64,000 nt of DNA, from contig NC_057719.1 in assembly GCF_004010195.1 (NCBI RefSeq), forward strand, positions 85,916,056-85,980,055. Direction: 5' to 3'. The DNA is from Chiloscyllium plagiosum. Its lineage: Eukaryota. The notes under the pieces are model-generated. The model ran no database searches and was not told the DNA's origin. It saw nothing but the letters and a program-made list of their open reading frames with translations. Below are positions 1 through 13,550 of this stretch, one piece after another. A program made the translations under genes and the position numbers. The stretch's first letter is position 1. Each line of letters opens with the position of its first letter.

Positions 1-168
1 AATGCCTTGCCAGTAGCAGTGGTGGACTCTCCTTCATTATGGGCATTTAAACGTGCATTGGATAGGCATATGGAGGATAGTGGGCTAGTGTAGGTTAGGT
101 GGGCTTGGATCGGCGCAACATCGAGGGCCAAAGGGCCTGTACTGCGCTGTATTCTTCTATGTTCTATT
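1..168 (+). mobile_element. CR1-type LINE 3' end
   Basis: Ends in gggccaaagggcctgtactgcgctgtattcttctatgttctat, a CR1/HER1-like 3' tail with short terminal repeats. Confidence 0.7.
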
Positions 169-187
169 ACAGGGTCCCAACATTACA

Positions 188-325
188 GGGTGGCACGGTG
201 GCTCAGTGGTTAGCATTGCTGCCTCACAGCACCAGGGACCCAGGTTTGATTCCAGCCTCGGGTGACTGTCTGTGTGAAGTTTGCATGTTCTTCCCGTGTA
301 TGCATGGGTTGCTCCGGGTTCCTCT
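188..325 (+). mobile_element. HE1-type tRNA-derived SINE, 5' part
   Basis: Head gggtggcacggtggctcagtggttagc (A box) and ggtttgattcc (B box); matches other copies in the window. Confidence 0.85.
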
Positions 326-624
326 GGACATATGAATAGGAAGGGTTTAGAGGGAATGGTTCATTCTACATGAGACCAAGAAACAGATGGAAACAGTGGA
401 TATTACAAAGTATATGGACACTGACAATGTTTTGGCAACATTATTGAAGACCTGTGCTTCAGAACTTGCCATGTCCCTAGTCAAGTACAGTAAAACATTA
501 ACAATATGGAAAATTACCTGGGTATTTCTTGCACACAAAAAGCAGAACAGGTGCAAACCCGCCAATTACCACCCCATCAGTCTACTGTTGATTGTCAATA
601 AAATAGTGGAAGGTGTCATCAAGC

Positions 625-1432
625 CACCACAATCCCATGGCACCTTCCTCTGCAACCGCTGAAGGTGTAACACCTGCCCATTTACCTCTACCTTCCTTAA
701 TATCCAAGGTCCCCCAACATACATTCCAGTTGAAACAGCATTTTGCCTGCACTTCTCACAATCTAGTTTTTGGCATTCACTGCTCATAAATGTGGTCTCC
801 TCTACATTGGGGAAATGAAGTGTGGACCGTGTGACCATTTAACAAAACACTGATGTTCTACCCCAAAAATGAACTTGTACTTCAAGTTGCCTGCCACTTT
901 AACACAACACCCTGCTCCCTGGCCAACATTTCTTTCTCCGGCTTGCTGCAGTGCGCCAGTGAAAGAACAACACCTCATTTTCTGCTTGGGGACTTTACAG
1001 CCCTCTGGACTCAACATTGAGTTCAATAATTTTAGGGCCTGAACTCCCCCATATCCTAGCTCCCAATCCCACACACCAGGCCTTGTTCCCACATAGTCTG
1101 CCATCACACACTACCTATTTTTAGCCACTAACAGTCTCTATTAACAGCTACTCACTCTCCCAGCCAGATCGCTATCCACTTCTTTGTCTGTCCAATGTTC
1201 TTCTCTCTCTTTGGGCTGTATCTCCACCTATCATTTATTTCTTACCTCCTCCCCCACCCTATCTTCTGCATATAAACCAACATTTTCCTAGCTGCCATCA
1301 GTTCTGAGGAGAGGTCACCAGACCCAAAATGTTAACTTTGATTTCTCTTCAAAGATGCTGCCAGACCTGCTGAGTTTTTTCAGCAATTTCTGTTTTTTTC
1401 TTATTCACAGCATTCGCTGTTCTTTCAGCTTT
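625..1432 (+). mobile_element. Penelope-like element 3' fragment (degenerate GIY-YIG, 3' UTR, decayed hammerhead at ~1304-1333)
   Basis: Cys-rich linker, FACTS-x-NLV GIY-YIG start, ctgaggagaggtcaccagacccaaaatgttaac and gatgctgccagacctgctgag tail. Confidence 0.75.
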
Positions 1433-1697
1433 TACATGGGAATGTAGAGTTCAAATTAAAGTCAAGTCAGCCATGATGCAATTGAATGTAGACAAGCAGG
1501 GGGCTGGAAGGACAAAGCAAGCCAGGCAGCATCAGGAGGTGGAGAAGTTGACATTTCAGGGGTTACCCTTCTTGAATGTTGTTGAATGGCAGAACAGGCT
1601 TGAAGGGACAATTAGCCCATTCTTGTGCCTGCTTAATTTGTTTATATGTGACTGGAAGCCTGTGTCGAGTGGTGTACTACTGGGTCAGAGCTCGGTC

Positions 1698-1920
1698 ATA
1701 GAATTATAGAATCCCTACAGTGTGGAAACAGGCCATTTGGCCCAACAAGTCCACACCAACCCTCCGAAGAGTAACCCATCCACACCCATTCCACTACATT
1801 TACCCTGACTAATGCACCTAGCTTACACATCCCTGAACACTATGGGCAAGTTAGCATAACTAATTCAGCTAACCCACACGTCTTTGGATTGTGGGAAGAA
1901 ACAAGAGCACCCAGAGGAAG
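1698..1920 (-). mobile_element. HE1-type SINE, 3' part
   Basis: ccctacagtgtggaaacaggcc...cccaacaagtccacacc, as in 8743-9090 and 49432-49741. Confidence 0.8.
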
Positions 1921-1959
1921 AAACCAGTACATCGGTTGGCTGTTTTTTTTTTCAGTACA

Positions 1960-2810
1960 GTAATGATCTAGACATGAATGTAAATAGTTTGATCAGTACA
2001 TTCACAGATGACACCAAAATTGGTGATGTTGTAAATACTGAAAGGAAAGCCTAGGACTAGTACATTACAGATAGGCGGGTCTGATGGGCAGAACAGTGGA
2101 AAATGGGATGTAGGAATATTAGCTAAGTTTCTGGGTTAATAATGCAATGATATCACTGGGTCATCACATACCCCCAGAAGAGATTCATTATGAAGTTATC
2201 TGGACCAGAGCAATTCACCTATGAAGAGAGACTACATAGGTTAGTGTTGCTTTTTTCCTTAGAGAAGAAAAGTCTGGGGAGGATCAGATTGAAATGCACA
2301 TAGTTCTGAGTGGTATAGACAAGGCAGAAACATTCCCCCTTAGTAGAGAAATCAATAATTGGGAACATTGTTTTAAGGCAAGAAGCAGAAGATTTTAATT
2401 TGATTGTTTTTCTGATTTGAGTGAACGCTTTGTTTTTGCTTCAGAGAGTTGTCAGTATCTGGAACCTACTGCCTGAAAATGTAGTAGTGGCAGGAATCCA
2501 CAAAGTGTTTAAGGTATAGATGGTGACATCTTGAAAAATGTCCATATTATGGAGGAGGAGGTGCTGGATGTCTTGAAATGCATAAAAGTGGATAAATACC
2601 AGGACCTGATCAGGTGTAGCCTGGAACTCTGTGGGAAGCTAGGAAAATGATTTCTGGGCCCTTTGCTGAGATAATTGTATCATTGATAGTCACAGATGAT
2701 GTGCCAGAAGACTGGAGGTCAGCTAACGTGGTGCCACTTTAAGAAAGGTGGTAAGGAAAAGCCAGGGAACTATAGACCAGTGGGCCTGACATCAGTGATA
2801 GGCAAGTTTT
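1960..2810 (+). mobile_element. CR1 LINE ORF2 fragments (degenerate)
   Basis: ttcacagatgacaccaaaattggt (FADDTK-like); PGPD and WRxANVVP...KPGNYRPVxLTSV motifs. Confidence 0.7.
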
Positions 2811-2811
2811 T

Positions 2812-3103
2812 TTAGATTAGATTCTGTGCAGTATTGAAACAAGCCCTTCAGCCCAACAAGTCCACACCGACCCACAGAAGAGTAACCCACCCTACCCTAT
2901 ATGTACCCCGACTAATGCACCTAACACTACAGGCAATTTAGCATGGTCAATTCACCTGACCTGGACATCTTTGGACTGTGGGAGGAAACTCACACAGACA
3001 CGGGGAGAATGTGCAAACTCCACACAGACAGTCGCCCAAGGTGGGAGTCGAATCCGGTCCCTGACACTGTGAGGCAGTAGTGCTAACCACTGAGCCACTG
3101 TGC
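2812..3103 (-). mobile_element. HE1-type SINE
   Basis: Reverse-complement head (gtgctaaccactgagccactgtgc) and tail (ttagattagatt). Confidence 0.85.
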
Positions 3104-4735
3104 AGACATGATGGACTGAAGGGTTGTAAAAATTCCAAAACTCTAGCTCTATGACACCTACACTCCCCACCATCTACCTAACTTCCTGCCATCAAAGCCA
3201 ATTTTTCCTACTTATTCAGAACTTCCAAAAGGCTATATTGCTTACCTTATTAACTTATCACCTTTGTACTATACCCACTTGACAAGTAATTTCTTCCCAC
3301 TTGGCATGTGACCCTCACCTGGCACACTACCCACACCCTACTGGTACCATATCCAGCTGCCACCTCATCAGGCACCCTATAGATTGGGCATTCTATGGCC
3401 CCCAACATTTATCCCACCCACCTTGCCTGGCATCCTACCCTCAAGCCTCTAACATCACTCTTACCATGCCTACTTACAGCTACTGACAAAACAGCTGTCA
3501 GAATCTTTACATTTCAGAAAAAGGCAGTAAAAACGTTGATACAGAGTTTGTTAAACTTTGTGAAAGATCGTGATTTGTGTTCAGTGAAATTGGGGTTGTT
3601 CTGCAGGACTTGGATATTCAGTCGACTGAAGGCCAGGTTACAGTGTTTTGCACCTTCACCCTATGTGAATGATACTGTTGTACTTCGCCTAGAAATAAAT
3701 ACCAAGCTCAGTGTATACCATCTACAAGTAACACATCGAACTTCCATCCGGAGCATACATTGTGGGCGAGTATTATACAGAGCTTGCGATATTGCGCCAG
3801 CCATAGCAAATACATTTACCTCTTTCTCATTTCCGTTTGCAGGGTGGTATGTATGGATCCCAAGTTTGTAAAATAGCTCTTATCTCTGCTCTAGCATAAT
3901 TTCCGCCTACCGGTCTGCCTCTGCTCTTAACACTCTTCACGTTCATTCAGTTTTATGTTTCTTTTTCACCAAATGTCAGATGGACAGTGTCCACTACAGC
4001 TCGAAGTCGTGTTGCGGAGCCCCCAGATTGTGCAGGAATTCGGCTGTAGTCCCCTAAAATCCGCTTGGTTAATAGTCTGTCTTGTGATCTACGCTTATTC
4101 TCTCTTAAAAATAAGGAATCCTTATGGTGGGCATGTGTTTTGCTTAAGAGTAAAACACTCCTCTTGTCCACCAGGCGTTACTCTATCATGCTATTCCTAC
4201 TTGTTGACATTTGCAATATAAATCGATTGAAAGTTAGTGGGTGTCTATTTTCACTCCTTATGTTAAGTAATTTGATACCGCGATAGTTGATTCCTAGAGG
4301 CGCATAGATATTCTGTCTAACGAACAGCAACATTGCAATGAATTTATTATTTAACTGTCATCACCGATTTGCTCAACTTAATTGAAACACGTACTGCAGA
4401 GAGCCAATTCACTGATTTAATTGTAATCTATGCATCCATTTGTCAACTCAATCGTCAGCAACAGAAAAATAAATTGCACTTTTTGAATGACAACGGTATA
4501 ACATTGCAACGTAATGTTACCAAAGGGACTTCAACATTGCAATACCTTATCAAATTGAATCAGATTCATGCAGTGCTTTTTGTGGGATGGTACAGAAAAT
4601 AAATGATGCTGATTTTAACTTCCTAGAACAGTAAACTCTTTGGGAAATTAGCTTTCACAGGTTGGAATACCAATTAAGTAACTGTAGAATTTAATGCATA
4701 ATTGGTACACAATTGCAGAGTTTACATGCTCGTAG

Positions 4736-4815
4736 GATGCTGCCTGAACTGCTGTGCTCTTCCAGCACCACTGATCCAGAATCTGGTTTCCAGCATCTGC
4801 AGTCATTGTTTTTAC
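4736..4815 (+). mobile_element. Penelope-like element terminal fragment (young subfamily)
   Basis: Near-identical to 26696-26774 and to the reverse complement of 29284-29364 and 38255-38335. Confidence 0.8.
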
Positions 4816-5818
4816 CTCATAGAATGTAACTAGACTAGTGTGCACAGTTGGCAATATGATAAATATATGTTGCCCTCTTTATATAATTGATTTAGTTAGT
4901 TAGCCCGAAAACCTTGCACTTGTGTAGAAAAAAATAATCTTTTGCGGACAGCTGGAGTCTGAGATGCGCTCTCATGCCTTTCGAAGGAAGCGTTAGGTGA
5001 AAGCTTATCCTAGATACTAACTTTGAATCCTGGGAGAAGATCGCTGCACCTGACCTAACTAAACTGAAAAGGGTGCAGCCTCTTTAGAAAGTAAGTGCAG
5101 AGAGGAGCAGGGAGGAATGAAAGGAGAAGAAATTGCAGTTGCAAACCGACCTTAGCAGTCACTTATTTACCACTGGAACCCTGCCAAACACCCCAGAGAG
5201 GTAAACATGGTCATCGCCGCCTCAAAGGATGATCAAGATTAGCAGCGTGCCTCCCCCCCCCCCCCCTCCACTAAGATGAAGTAATATGCTCCCTCTACAG
5301 TTCATTTCACTTGATTTTGTACATTTCTTTCTACGATGATTTGGAGTGAAACAAGCGCAAATAACAACTTCTACTTCACCCGCAGTTTAACATCGAGATC
5401 TAGAGATAAAATTGACAAAACTAAGCAATTTCTTAAACACTTACATTTGTGAATCAATCCAATCTTTGCTAATTTGATTTGTCAGTCTAAAGCAATGTAC
5501 ATATATTAATTGAATTTACATATACAACAAAGTTAATATGCTTCACGATCCTTTTTATCTGTTTGTCACGTAAACAAAATCCATGCTATGCTAAAGAAAA
5601 CATTCTCAACATTAATTACCGAGATTTTTCTAAGGCAGGAACAGAAATGGTGGAAGGCCGATCCTGCCTGGTTTTATTTCATGACTGTCTCTGGACAGCA
5701 TTTAAAATTCAAACCTTCCTTTCAATGACTAATTTGTGTTTTAAAACCTGTAGCTATGATGTGCTTGATTTATTCCAGGCTATTGATGATGGTAACGGCA
5801 GCAATGTGCGGGCTTGTC

Positions 5819-6222
5819 CTATTTCTTACAGTCTAGTGAACCAAGTTTGGTCATTTTGTAGACAGCTATGTATTTAGTCTCTAATCTGTCCACAACCTGG
5901 CAGTTAAAATAGCCAGGGAGGGTCACTTCATGGAAAGAAAGAGATCCATTCCCACTTCGAAATTCGGAAGCCAGGTAAATCGTTGTTCGTTGGCTGCAGA
6001 GATGCCTCAGAGTGTCTACAAGTGCAGTGTAAGAAGATGAAGAATAGACAATATCCGACCCCAGGACGACATCGTAGTCGGTATTAAAGTTAATTAGGTC
6101 TTCACCCCAGGTCAGGGCACACACTTTTAAACGGTGCCTGCAGGCAAAAGGGACGTTAATGGAGATGTTGTTGTTTATTTGCCTCAGAATTGCTGGTTGG
6201 TCTGTCATGGTAACATTTCCAC
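5819..6222 (-). CDS. EEF1AKMT3: METTL21B/EEF1AKMT3-like methyltransferase copy A, coding exon 3
   Basis: Acceptor cttgttctcag|GT; encodes GNVTMTD...LTWG...YDVVLGSDIVY (DxxY)...TIYLAS...; stop at 5819; 404 nt; exons 171+112+404=687 nt in frame (228 aa). The symbol denotes the family, orthology not shown. Confidence 0.93.
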
Positions 6223-6609
6223 CTGAGAACAAGAACATACAAGGAGGGTTTATTCATAATATGCTCTTGATTCCATTTTGATCTCGCATTAGGTTCATCG
6301 AAACAAAATATAACCGCCTTCAAGGAACAATGTACGTCCATAAGAAGTTAGGAAGAGCAAGCTTTCTGACCCACTATTAAACTGATACTCAGACCACCTC
6401 TCCAGAAGCTACTGACAACAGTAATGTGAAAGCAATTGACACAAAGTATATATAATATTGAGCTATCGGGTACCCAGAAATTAGATTGATTTAAAATGAA
6501 GATTTTAAGACCACATTTGCTTTAAAGTATTTTAGTGCATGTTGATAGATGAGGAAATTCCAGCACTCGAATGTTTCAAACTTGAGGTCTTCAATAAGGT
6601 GTCGGTACT

Positions 6610-7825
6610 TAGAGTCATAGAGATGTATAGCATGGAAACAGACCCTTAGGTCCAACTCACCCATGCCAACCTAAATTAACCTAGAAAAATTTGTCAGCAC
6701 TTGGCCCATATCTCTCTAAACTTTTCCTATTCAAATAACCATCCAGATTTAAATTGCAATTATACCCGCCTCCACCATCTCCCTTGACAATTCATTCCAT
6801 ACACACACCACCCGCTGCGTGCCTCTCACCTTAAACCTATGCCCTCTAGTTCTGGACTTCCCCATCCTGTGGGGAAAAACCTTGACGATTTACCCTATTC
6901 CTCTCATGATATTATAAACCTCTATAAGGTCGCCCCTCAGCTTTCGTTGCTTCAGGGAAAACAGCCCTAGCCTATTCAGCCTCTATCTAATAGCTCAAAC
7001 CCTCCAGACTTGGCAACCTCCTTGTAAATATTTTCTGCATCTTTTCAAGTTTCACAACATCCTTCCAATAGAAGGGAGACCAGAATTGCATGTAATATTA
7101 CAAAAATGGCCTAACAAATGTCCTGAACAGCCATAATATGACCACGCAACTCTTATACTCAATGCTCTGACCAATAAAGGAAACCACACCAAATGCCTTC
7201 TTTACTATCCTATCTACCTCTGATTCATTTTTCATGGAACTATGAACCTGCACTCCAAGGTCGCTTTGTTCAGCAACACTCTCCAGGACCTTATAATTAA
7301 GTTTAAAAGTCCTGCTCTGATTTGCCTCACATTTATCTAAGTTAACATCCATCTGCCACTCCTGAGCCCATTTACCCAGCTGATCACAATCCCATTGTAC
7401 TCTGAGGTAATCTTCCTTACTGTTCACTACACTCCTAATTTTGGTGTCATCTGCAAACCTACTAGCTATACCTCCCATGTTCACATCCAAATCATTTACA
7501 TAAATAACAAAAAGCAGTGGACCCAGCACCAATCCTTGTGGCACACCACTGGTCACAGTCTGAAAAGCAACCCTTCACCTCTCACCTCTGTTTCTATCTT
7601 CCAGCAAGTTATGTATTCAAATGGTGAGTTGACCCTGTATTCCAAGTGACCTAACCTTACTAACCACAAGGAACCTTGTTGAATGCCTTACTGACATCCA
7701 AATGGATCACATCCACTACTCTGCCATTATCAATCCTCTTCATTACTTCAAAAAACTCAATCAAGTTTGTGAGACATGACTCCCCATGCACAAAGCTATG
7801 ATGACTATCCCTAATCAGTCCTTAA
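6610..7825 (-). mobile_element. CR1 LINE, RT domain plus 3' end
   Basis: ORF 7098-7556 TSGVPQGLVLGPLLFVIYVNDLD...FADDTKI; 3' tail ctctatgactct. Confidence 0.9.
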
Positions 7826-8742
7826 GTTGACACGGAGCTGGAACTGGATGAGATACATTGAAGGATACTGAAAAAAGTGAGAGTGCAAATTTCTGAGTCT
7901 TCCTGAAATTCATGGGCAGTGCCATTCATTCTGGATAATTGCAAATAAGAAAGAGAGAGCAAGAATTAACCAAGCAACTACAGGTCATTAAGTTTAAGTT
8001 CTAAACTGAGAAAATGATTAGAAATAATAAATTGAGATAGAATTAAAGACTTTGAGTTCAATTTGAGTTTGATTTATTGTTATCCCATGCCAAAGTACAG
8101 TGAAAAGTGTTATTTTGCATGCTATACGAGCAGATCATAATGTACAAAATGTATCAGGCTAGTAGAAGAGAGTATAGAATGCAATATTACAAACACAGAG
8201 AAGGTGCAGAGAGAAAGAGAGATCAACACTAAAATTTAAGCAGTCCATTCAAACATCTGACAACAGTGGGGAAGAAGCACTGGTCAAACTTTTATATCTT
8301 CTGCCCAATGGAAGAGGGTGGAAGAGAGTATAACTGGAGTGGTTTTATATTGGTTGCTTTCCAAGACAGCAGGCAAGTATAGATGGAGTCAATAGATGGA
8401 AGGCTGGCTTAAGTGATGAACTGGGCTGTATTCACGACTGTCTGTAGTTTCATGCACTCTTAGGAAGTGCAGTTGCCATATCACACTGTGATGCATCCAG
8501 ATAGGATACTCTCCATTGTGCGTCTATAAAAATTGGCAGGAGTCTTTGTGGATATGCCAAATTTCTTAGCTTCCTGAGGAAGTAGATGCATTGTTCTGCT
8601 TTCTTGACCATCATACTAATCGATGTAGCCTCAGAGTATCTACAAGTGCAGTATAAGAAGATGGGTGAGGTGGACCAGGACAGATTATTGATGGGTCATC
8701 ACTCCCAAAACTTGATACCCCAGACCATCTCTTCTTCAGCAT

Positions 8743-9090
8743 AATAGAATCCCTTCAGTGTGGAAATAGGCCATTTGGCCCAACATGTCCACACCGACCC
8801 TCCGAAGAGTAACCCACCTAGACCCATTCCCCTGACCTATTTCTCCACATTTACCACTGACTAATGCACCTAACCTACACATCCGTGAACACTATCGACA
8901 ATTTAGCATGGCCAACTCACCTAACCTGCGCATCTTTAGATTGCAGAAGGAAACCAGGGCACCCAAAGGAAACCCGTGCAGACACAGGGAGAACATGCAA
9001 ACTCCACACAGACAGTCGCCAAAGGCTGGAATCGAACCCGGGTCCCTGGCGCTGTGAGGCAGCAGTGCTAACCACTGAGCCACTGTGCCA
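8743..9090 (-). mobile_element. HE1-type SINE, full length
   Basis: Complete head (tggcacagtggctcagtggttagcactgctgcctcacagcgccagggacccgggttcgattcc) through tail. Confidence 0.9.
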
Positions 9091-9226
9091 CTCATCATTG
9101 ATGCAGACAGGGGCATGCACTCCACTCTACTTCCTGAAGTCAATGTCCAAATCCTTAATTTTGCTGATGTTTTTAAATCTATGCTGCTAATCATTCAATC
9201 TCTTTCCTGTACTCTGTCTCATCATT

Positions 9227-11170
9227 CAGTTCCAAACTTAACAGTCCCAACCTCCAACCTCCAACCTCATAGTCAGAGAACCTTGCACTGCTTGATTCTA
9301 TCTCCTACTGAAGGTTCACAAACCTGACTTCCCCAGTCAACCCATTGTCTCAGCCTCCTCCTGTCCCACTGAACCCATTTCTGCATACCTTGACCCATCC
9401 AGCCTGCCCCCCCTTAGTGTAGCAAATATCCACCTATGTTCAGGACACCACCCATGCCCTTCACTTCATCCAAGACTTTTGTTTCCTCAGCTCCCTACAC
9501 CGTATCTTCACCATGTAAATCCAGTTCCTGCACACATCTATCCACTGCGATGAAGGCCTCCAAGCCCTGCATTTCACCCTTTTGCACCATCACAATCAGT
9601 ACCCTTCCACTGACACCCTCATCTGCATGTCTAAACTGGTCCTCACCCTTAAGAACTTCTTCAAATCTTCCCATTTCCTCCAAACCAAACAGGCAGCCAT
9701 GGACACGTGCATCGTCCCCAGCTATGCCTGCCTCTTTTTCAGGTACATGGAACAGTCCATCTTCCACAGTTACACTGGTTCCACCCCCCACCTGTTCCTC
9801 TGCTACATCAATTGGTGCTACCATGTGTTCCCACAGGGACATTGAACAGTTCATCAACTTCACTAACATCTTTCACCCCGACCTCAAATTCACCTGGGCC
9901 ATCTCAGGCATGTCCCTCCCATTCCTGGACCACTCCATCTCCACCTCAAGTGACTGACTAACCATGGACATCTACTACAAACCCACCGACTCCCACAACT
10001 ACCTGCACTACACTTCCTCCCACCCGCCTCTTGTAAACATATCATCCCTTATTCCCAACTCCTCCGCTTCCTCTGCATCTGTTCCCAGGATGACCAATTC
10101 CATAATAGAAAATTGCAAATGGCCTCCTTCTTCAAAGACTGAAATTACCCCTCCCAAGTGGTTGATGATGCCCTCCAGTGCATCTCCTCCACTTCCCGCA
10201 CCTCTGCCCTTGAATATCACCCCTTCAAATGCAACAAGGACAGAACCCAACTCCCCCCCCCCACGTCCTTACCTTCCATCCCACCAACTTCCATATATAT
10301 TGCATCATCATCTGCCACTTCCGCCAGCTATAAACAGACCCCACCATTAGGGATATAATTCTCTCCCACCCCTATCGGCATCTTGGAGAGACCATTCCCT
10401 CCATGACTCCCTTGTCAGATCCACAACCCCCACCAGGCCACACTGCACACCCGGCACCTTCCCCTGCCAACACCAGAAGTGCAAAGCTTGCGCCCACACC
10501 TCCCCCTCACCTCTGTCCAAGGCGTCAAAGGATCCTTCCACATCCATCAGAGATTCACCTGCACTTCCACAAATGTCATCTACTGTATCCATTGCACCTG
10601 ATTGTGGTCTCCTCTACATCGGGGAGACAGGACGCCAACTTGTGGATGGTTTCAGAGAACACCTCTGGGACACCTGCACCAACCAACCCCACCACCCCAT
10701 GGATGAACACATAAGACCCCCTCCCACTCCATAAAGGACATGCAGGTCCTGGATCTCCTCCATCACTAAATCCTAACCACCTGACACCTGGAGGAAGAAC
10801 ACCTCATCTTCCACCTTGGAACCCTGCATCACACAAGATTAATGTGGATTTCACCAGTTTCCTCATTTCCCCTTCCCCCACCTTATCCCAGTCCCAAGCC
10901 TCCAACTCAGCACCACCCACTTGACCTGCCCATCATCTTTCCCAACTATCCATTCCACCCTCATCTTTGACCTATCACCTTTCCCCCCACGTTCATCTAC
11001 CTATTGCATCCTCAGCTACCTTTCCCCAGCTTTACGCCTCTCCCATTTATCTCTCAGTCCTCCTGGCCCACATGCCTCATTCCTGATGAACAGCTGATGC
11101 CCAAAATGTCAATTCTCCTGATCCTCGGATGCCGCCTGACCTGCTGTGCTTTTCCAGCACTACACTCTTG
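9227..11170 (+). mobile_element. Penelope-like retroelement (degenerate RT plus GIY-YIG), 5' truncated, 16-bp TSD
   Basis: QTKQAAM...PSYACLF, DIYYKPTDSHNYL, FTCTSTNVIYCI...LYIGETGR motifs; decayed hammerhead 11083-11110; direct repeat actctgtctcatcatt at 9211-9226 and 11171-11186. Confidence 0.9.
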
Positions 11171-12209
11171 ACTCTGTCTCATCATTGTTCTGACCTATAA
11201 TGGTGTCATCAACAAATGTGTAATGGGAGTTCAGGCAGACTTTGGTCACACACTCGTGAATGTTTAAGTAGTATAATAAGAGGCTGAATATGGAATCTTG
11301 CAGAGCAGTAGTGCTAAGGATTATCATGGAGGAGGTGTTGTTATGTCTTCTTACTGATTGCAATGTATGGGTCAGGAGGTCAAGGATCCAGTTACAGAAG
11401 GGGGAGCTGAGACCAAGGTCTCACAGTTCGGAGACGAGTTTGATTGAAATTATGGTGTTGAATGTATATCTGTAGTCAATAAGTAAGACCTGACATTGGT
11501 GTCATTGTTGTCTAAGTGTTCCATAGATGAGTGTAGGACCAGAGAGATGGCATCTGCCATTGACCTGTTGCAACGTTAGACAAATTACAAAAGATCAAGG
11601 TAATATAGGAGGCTAGAGTTGATGTGAACCATGACTAATCTCTCAAAGCACTTCATAATTATGGAGGTCAGTAATACTGGGCAGTAGTCATTGGGGTATG
11701 TTGCATGAATTTTCTTTGGCACTGGGATGATGGTGGTCTTCTTAAAGCAGGTAGGGACTTCAGCTCATAGTAAGGAGCATTTAAAGATGTTAGCAAATAC
11801 TCCCGCCAGCTAGTCCACATAATAGTCATATAGGTAAATCCAGATTAATGAAGGAGGGATGGATATATTAAGGGAAATTGTGATTAACTAAATTGTTTGA
11901 CTTTTTTGAGGAGGGAACAGGGAGGGTTGATGAGGGTCATACTGGCAATTGTGTGTGCACTGACTGTAAAAAATAATTTGATGCAGTGCAGTACACACTG
12001 TGAGAACTATGAACAGAATTAGAGCTGTGGAATGAAAGCAATAGTAGAAATGGAGGTACAGTATTGACTCAGTGATTTGAAAAATTCCTATAATTTTGCT
12101 AAAGACTTGTGTTGCAGAATCTATCACCACCAGCCCACCAACAGATCCACACCCCCCATCCCCCACACCCCCCCCCCCCCACACACACCAAGCCAAGCTG
12201 TTATTAGCT

Positions 12210-13550
12210 TGACAATATGCAAACATGCCCAGTAATACCTTTTACACAAAACAAAACCTGTGTCCAACCAATAATAGTCACTCCATTGGTCCACTTTCAA
12301 TCATCAGTAAAGCAATAATCTGCTTACTGATGCTAAACATGGGTTCTGTTAAGGCTACTTAGTTCCTAACCTCTTTACATCCTTCGTTCAATTGGACCAA
12401 ACTGCTGAATTCCAGAAGTGATTTGCACATAATTGCACTTGATATTAAGGCTACACATGATGGAATGTGGCATCAAGTATTTCTGGAAAAGCTGGAATCA
12501 ATAGGAATCCAGAGGAAAGCTTTTCTCCTGTTTTGAGTAATACCTGGTGTAACGGAAGATGATTCTGTTTGTTGAAGGACCACCATCTCAGTTCAAGGAT
12601 ATCTGTCAGATGTTCTTCAAGATTATGTCCTAGGTTTAACCTTCTACGGTTGATGGAACAATGATATTCCCTCTATCATAAGGTCAGAATTGGAGATGGC
12701 CACTGATGATTGCACAGTATTGAGCATCTGCAATACTGCATGACTCTGCAAAGACTGAAGAAGTTCATATCCAAAATCTTGCAAAATCTGGACAATATCC
12801 TGGCTTGGACTGACAAGTGGAAAGCAACATTTAAACCACAGAAGTGTCAGGCAATAACAATTTCCAACAAGAAAGAATCTAACCATCGCCCCTTGACAGT
12901 CAATGACATTACCAAATCTGAATCCTCTATCATCAACATCCTGAAGGATGCCTTTGACCAGAAAATGCATTGGATTAGCCATATAGGTACTGTGGGTACA
13001 AGAGCAGGTATCTTGCTGTGAGCAACTAACCTTATCAAAAGAGCCTGTGGTCTACCTACGAGACACAAGTTTGGAGTGTGATGGTATACTCCCAACTCCC
13101 AACTCCCATGAGGCTGGAATTGAATCTGAAGTATAGTTCCAACAACACTCAAGGAAGTTTGACACCATCCAGCATGAAACAGCCTACACAATTGGCACCA
13201 GACATCCAATCCCTACATTATTCAGTAGCATTAGTGGATACCAACCATAAGATGAACTACAGAAATTCATCAAAACCTTTTAAACTTCATCATAGATACC
13301 CACCGCTACTTCTGGCATTAAATACATGGAAGCATCACCACTTACAAGATCCCTCCAAACTCCTAACCACCCCATTTAAAATATCTCATCATTCCTTCAG
13401 TGTTGCTAGGTCAAAATCCAGGAATTCCCTTCCTTGTATCATTAGTCTATAGTGAATCAAGAAGGGAGCTTATCACCACTCTCTCTATGGCAATAAATAA
13501 TGGCCCAGCCAGGGATGGCTGCAACCCATGAATGAATAGACAAAAAAAAA
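12210..13550 (+). mobile_element. Old CR1-group LINE 3' fragment
   Basis: IALDIKA, DDCTV, AWTDKWKATFKPQKCQ; tail cccatgaatgaata plus poly(A). Confidence 0.7.

Larger units (their letters stand above)
8075..11820 (-). mobile_element. Rex1/Babar-like LINE remnant split by nested SINE and PLE (pieces ~8075-8742, 9091-9226, 11171-11820)
   Basis: IILSTTALQD...FVDDTIIGQNNDET RT motifs continue across the insertions; 3' end ttgatttattgt...; clade assignment from recalled motifs. Confidence 0.6.

Noticed and set aside
188-260. tRNA genes at SINE heads
   Set aside because: They continue into SINE bodies and are dispersed repeats, with no full cloverleaf
3395-4286. ORFs of 158, 88 and 73 aa and an exon-like acceptor at ~3979
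   Set aside because: No recognisable protein motif and no supporting neighbouring exons
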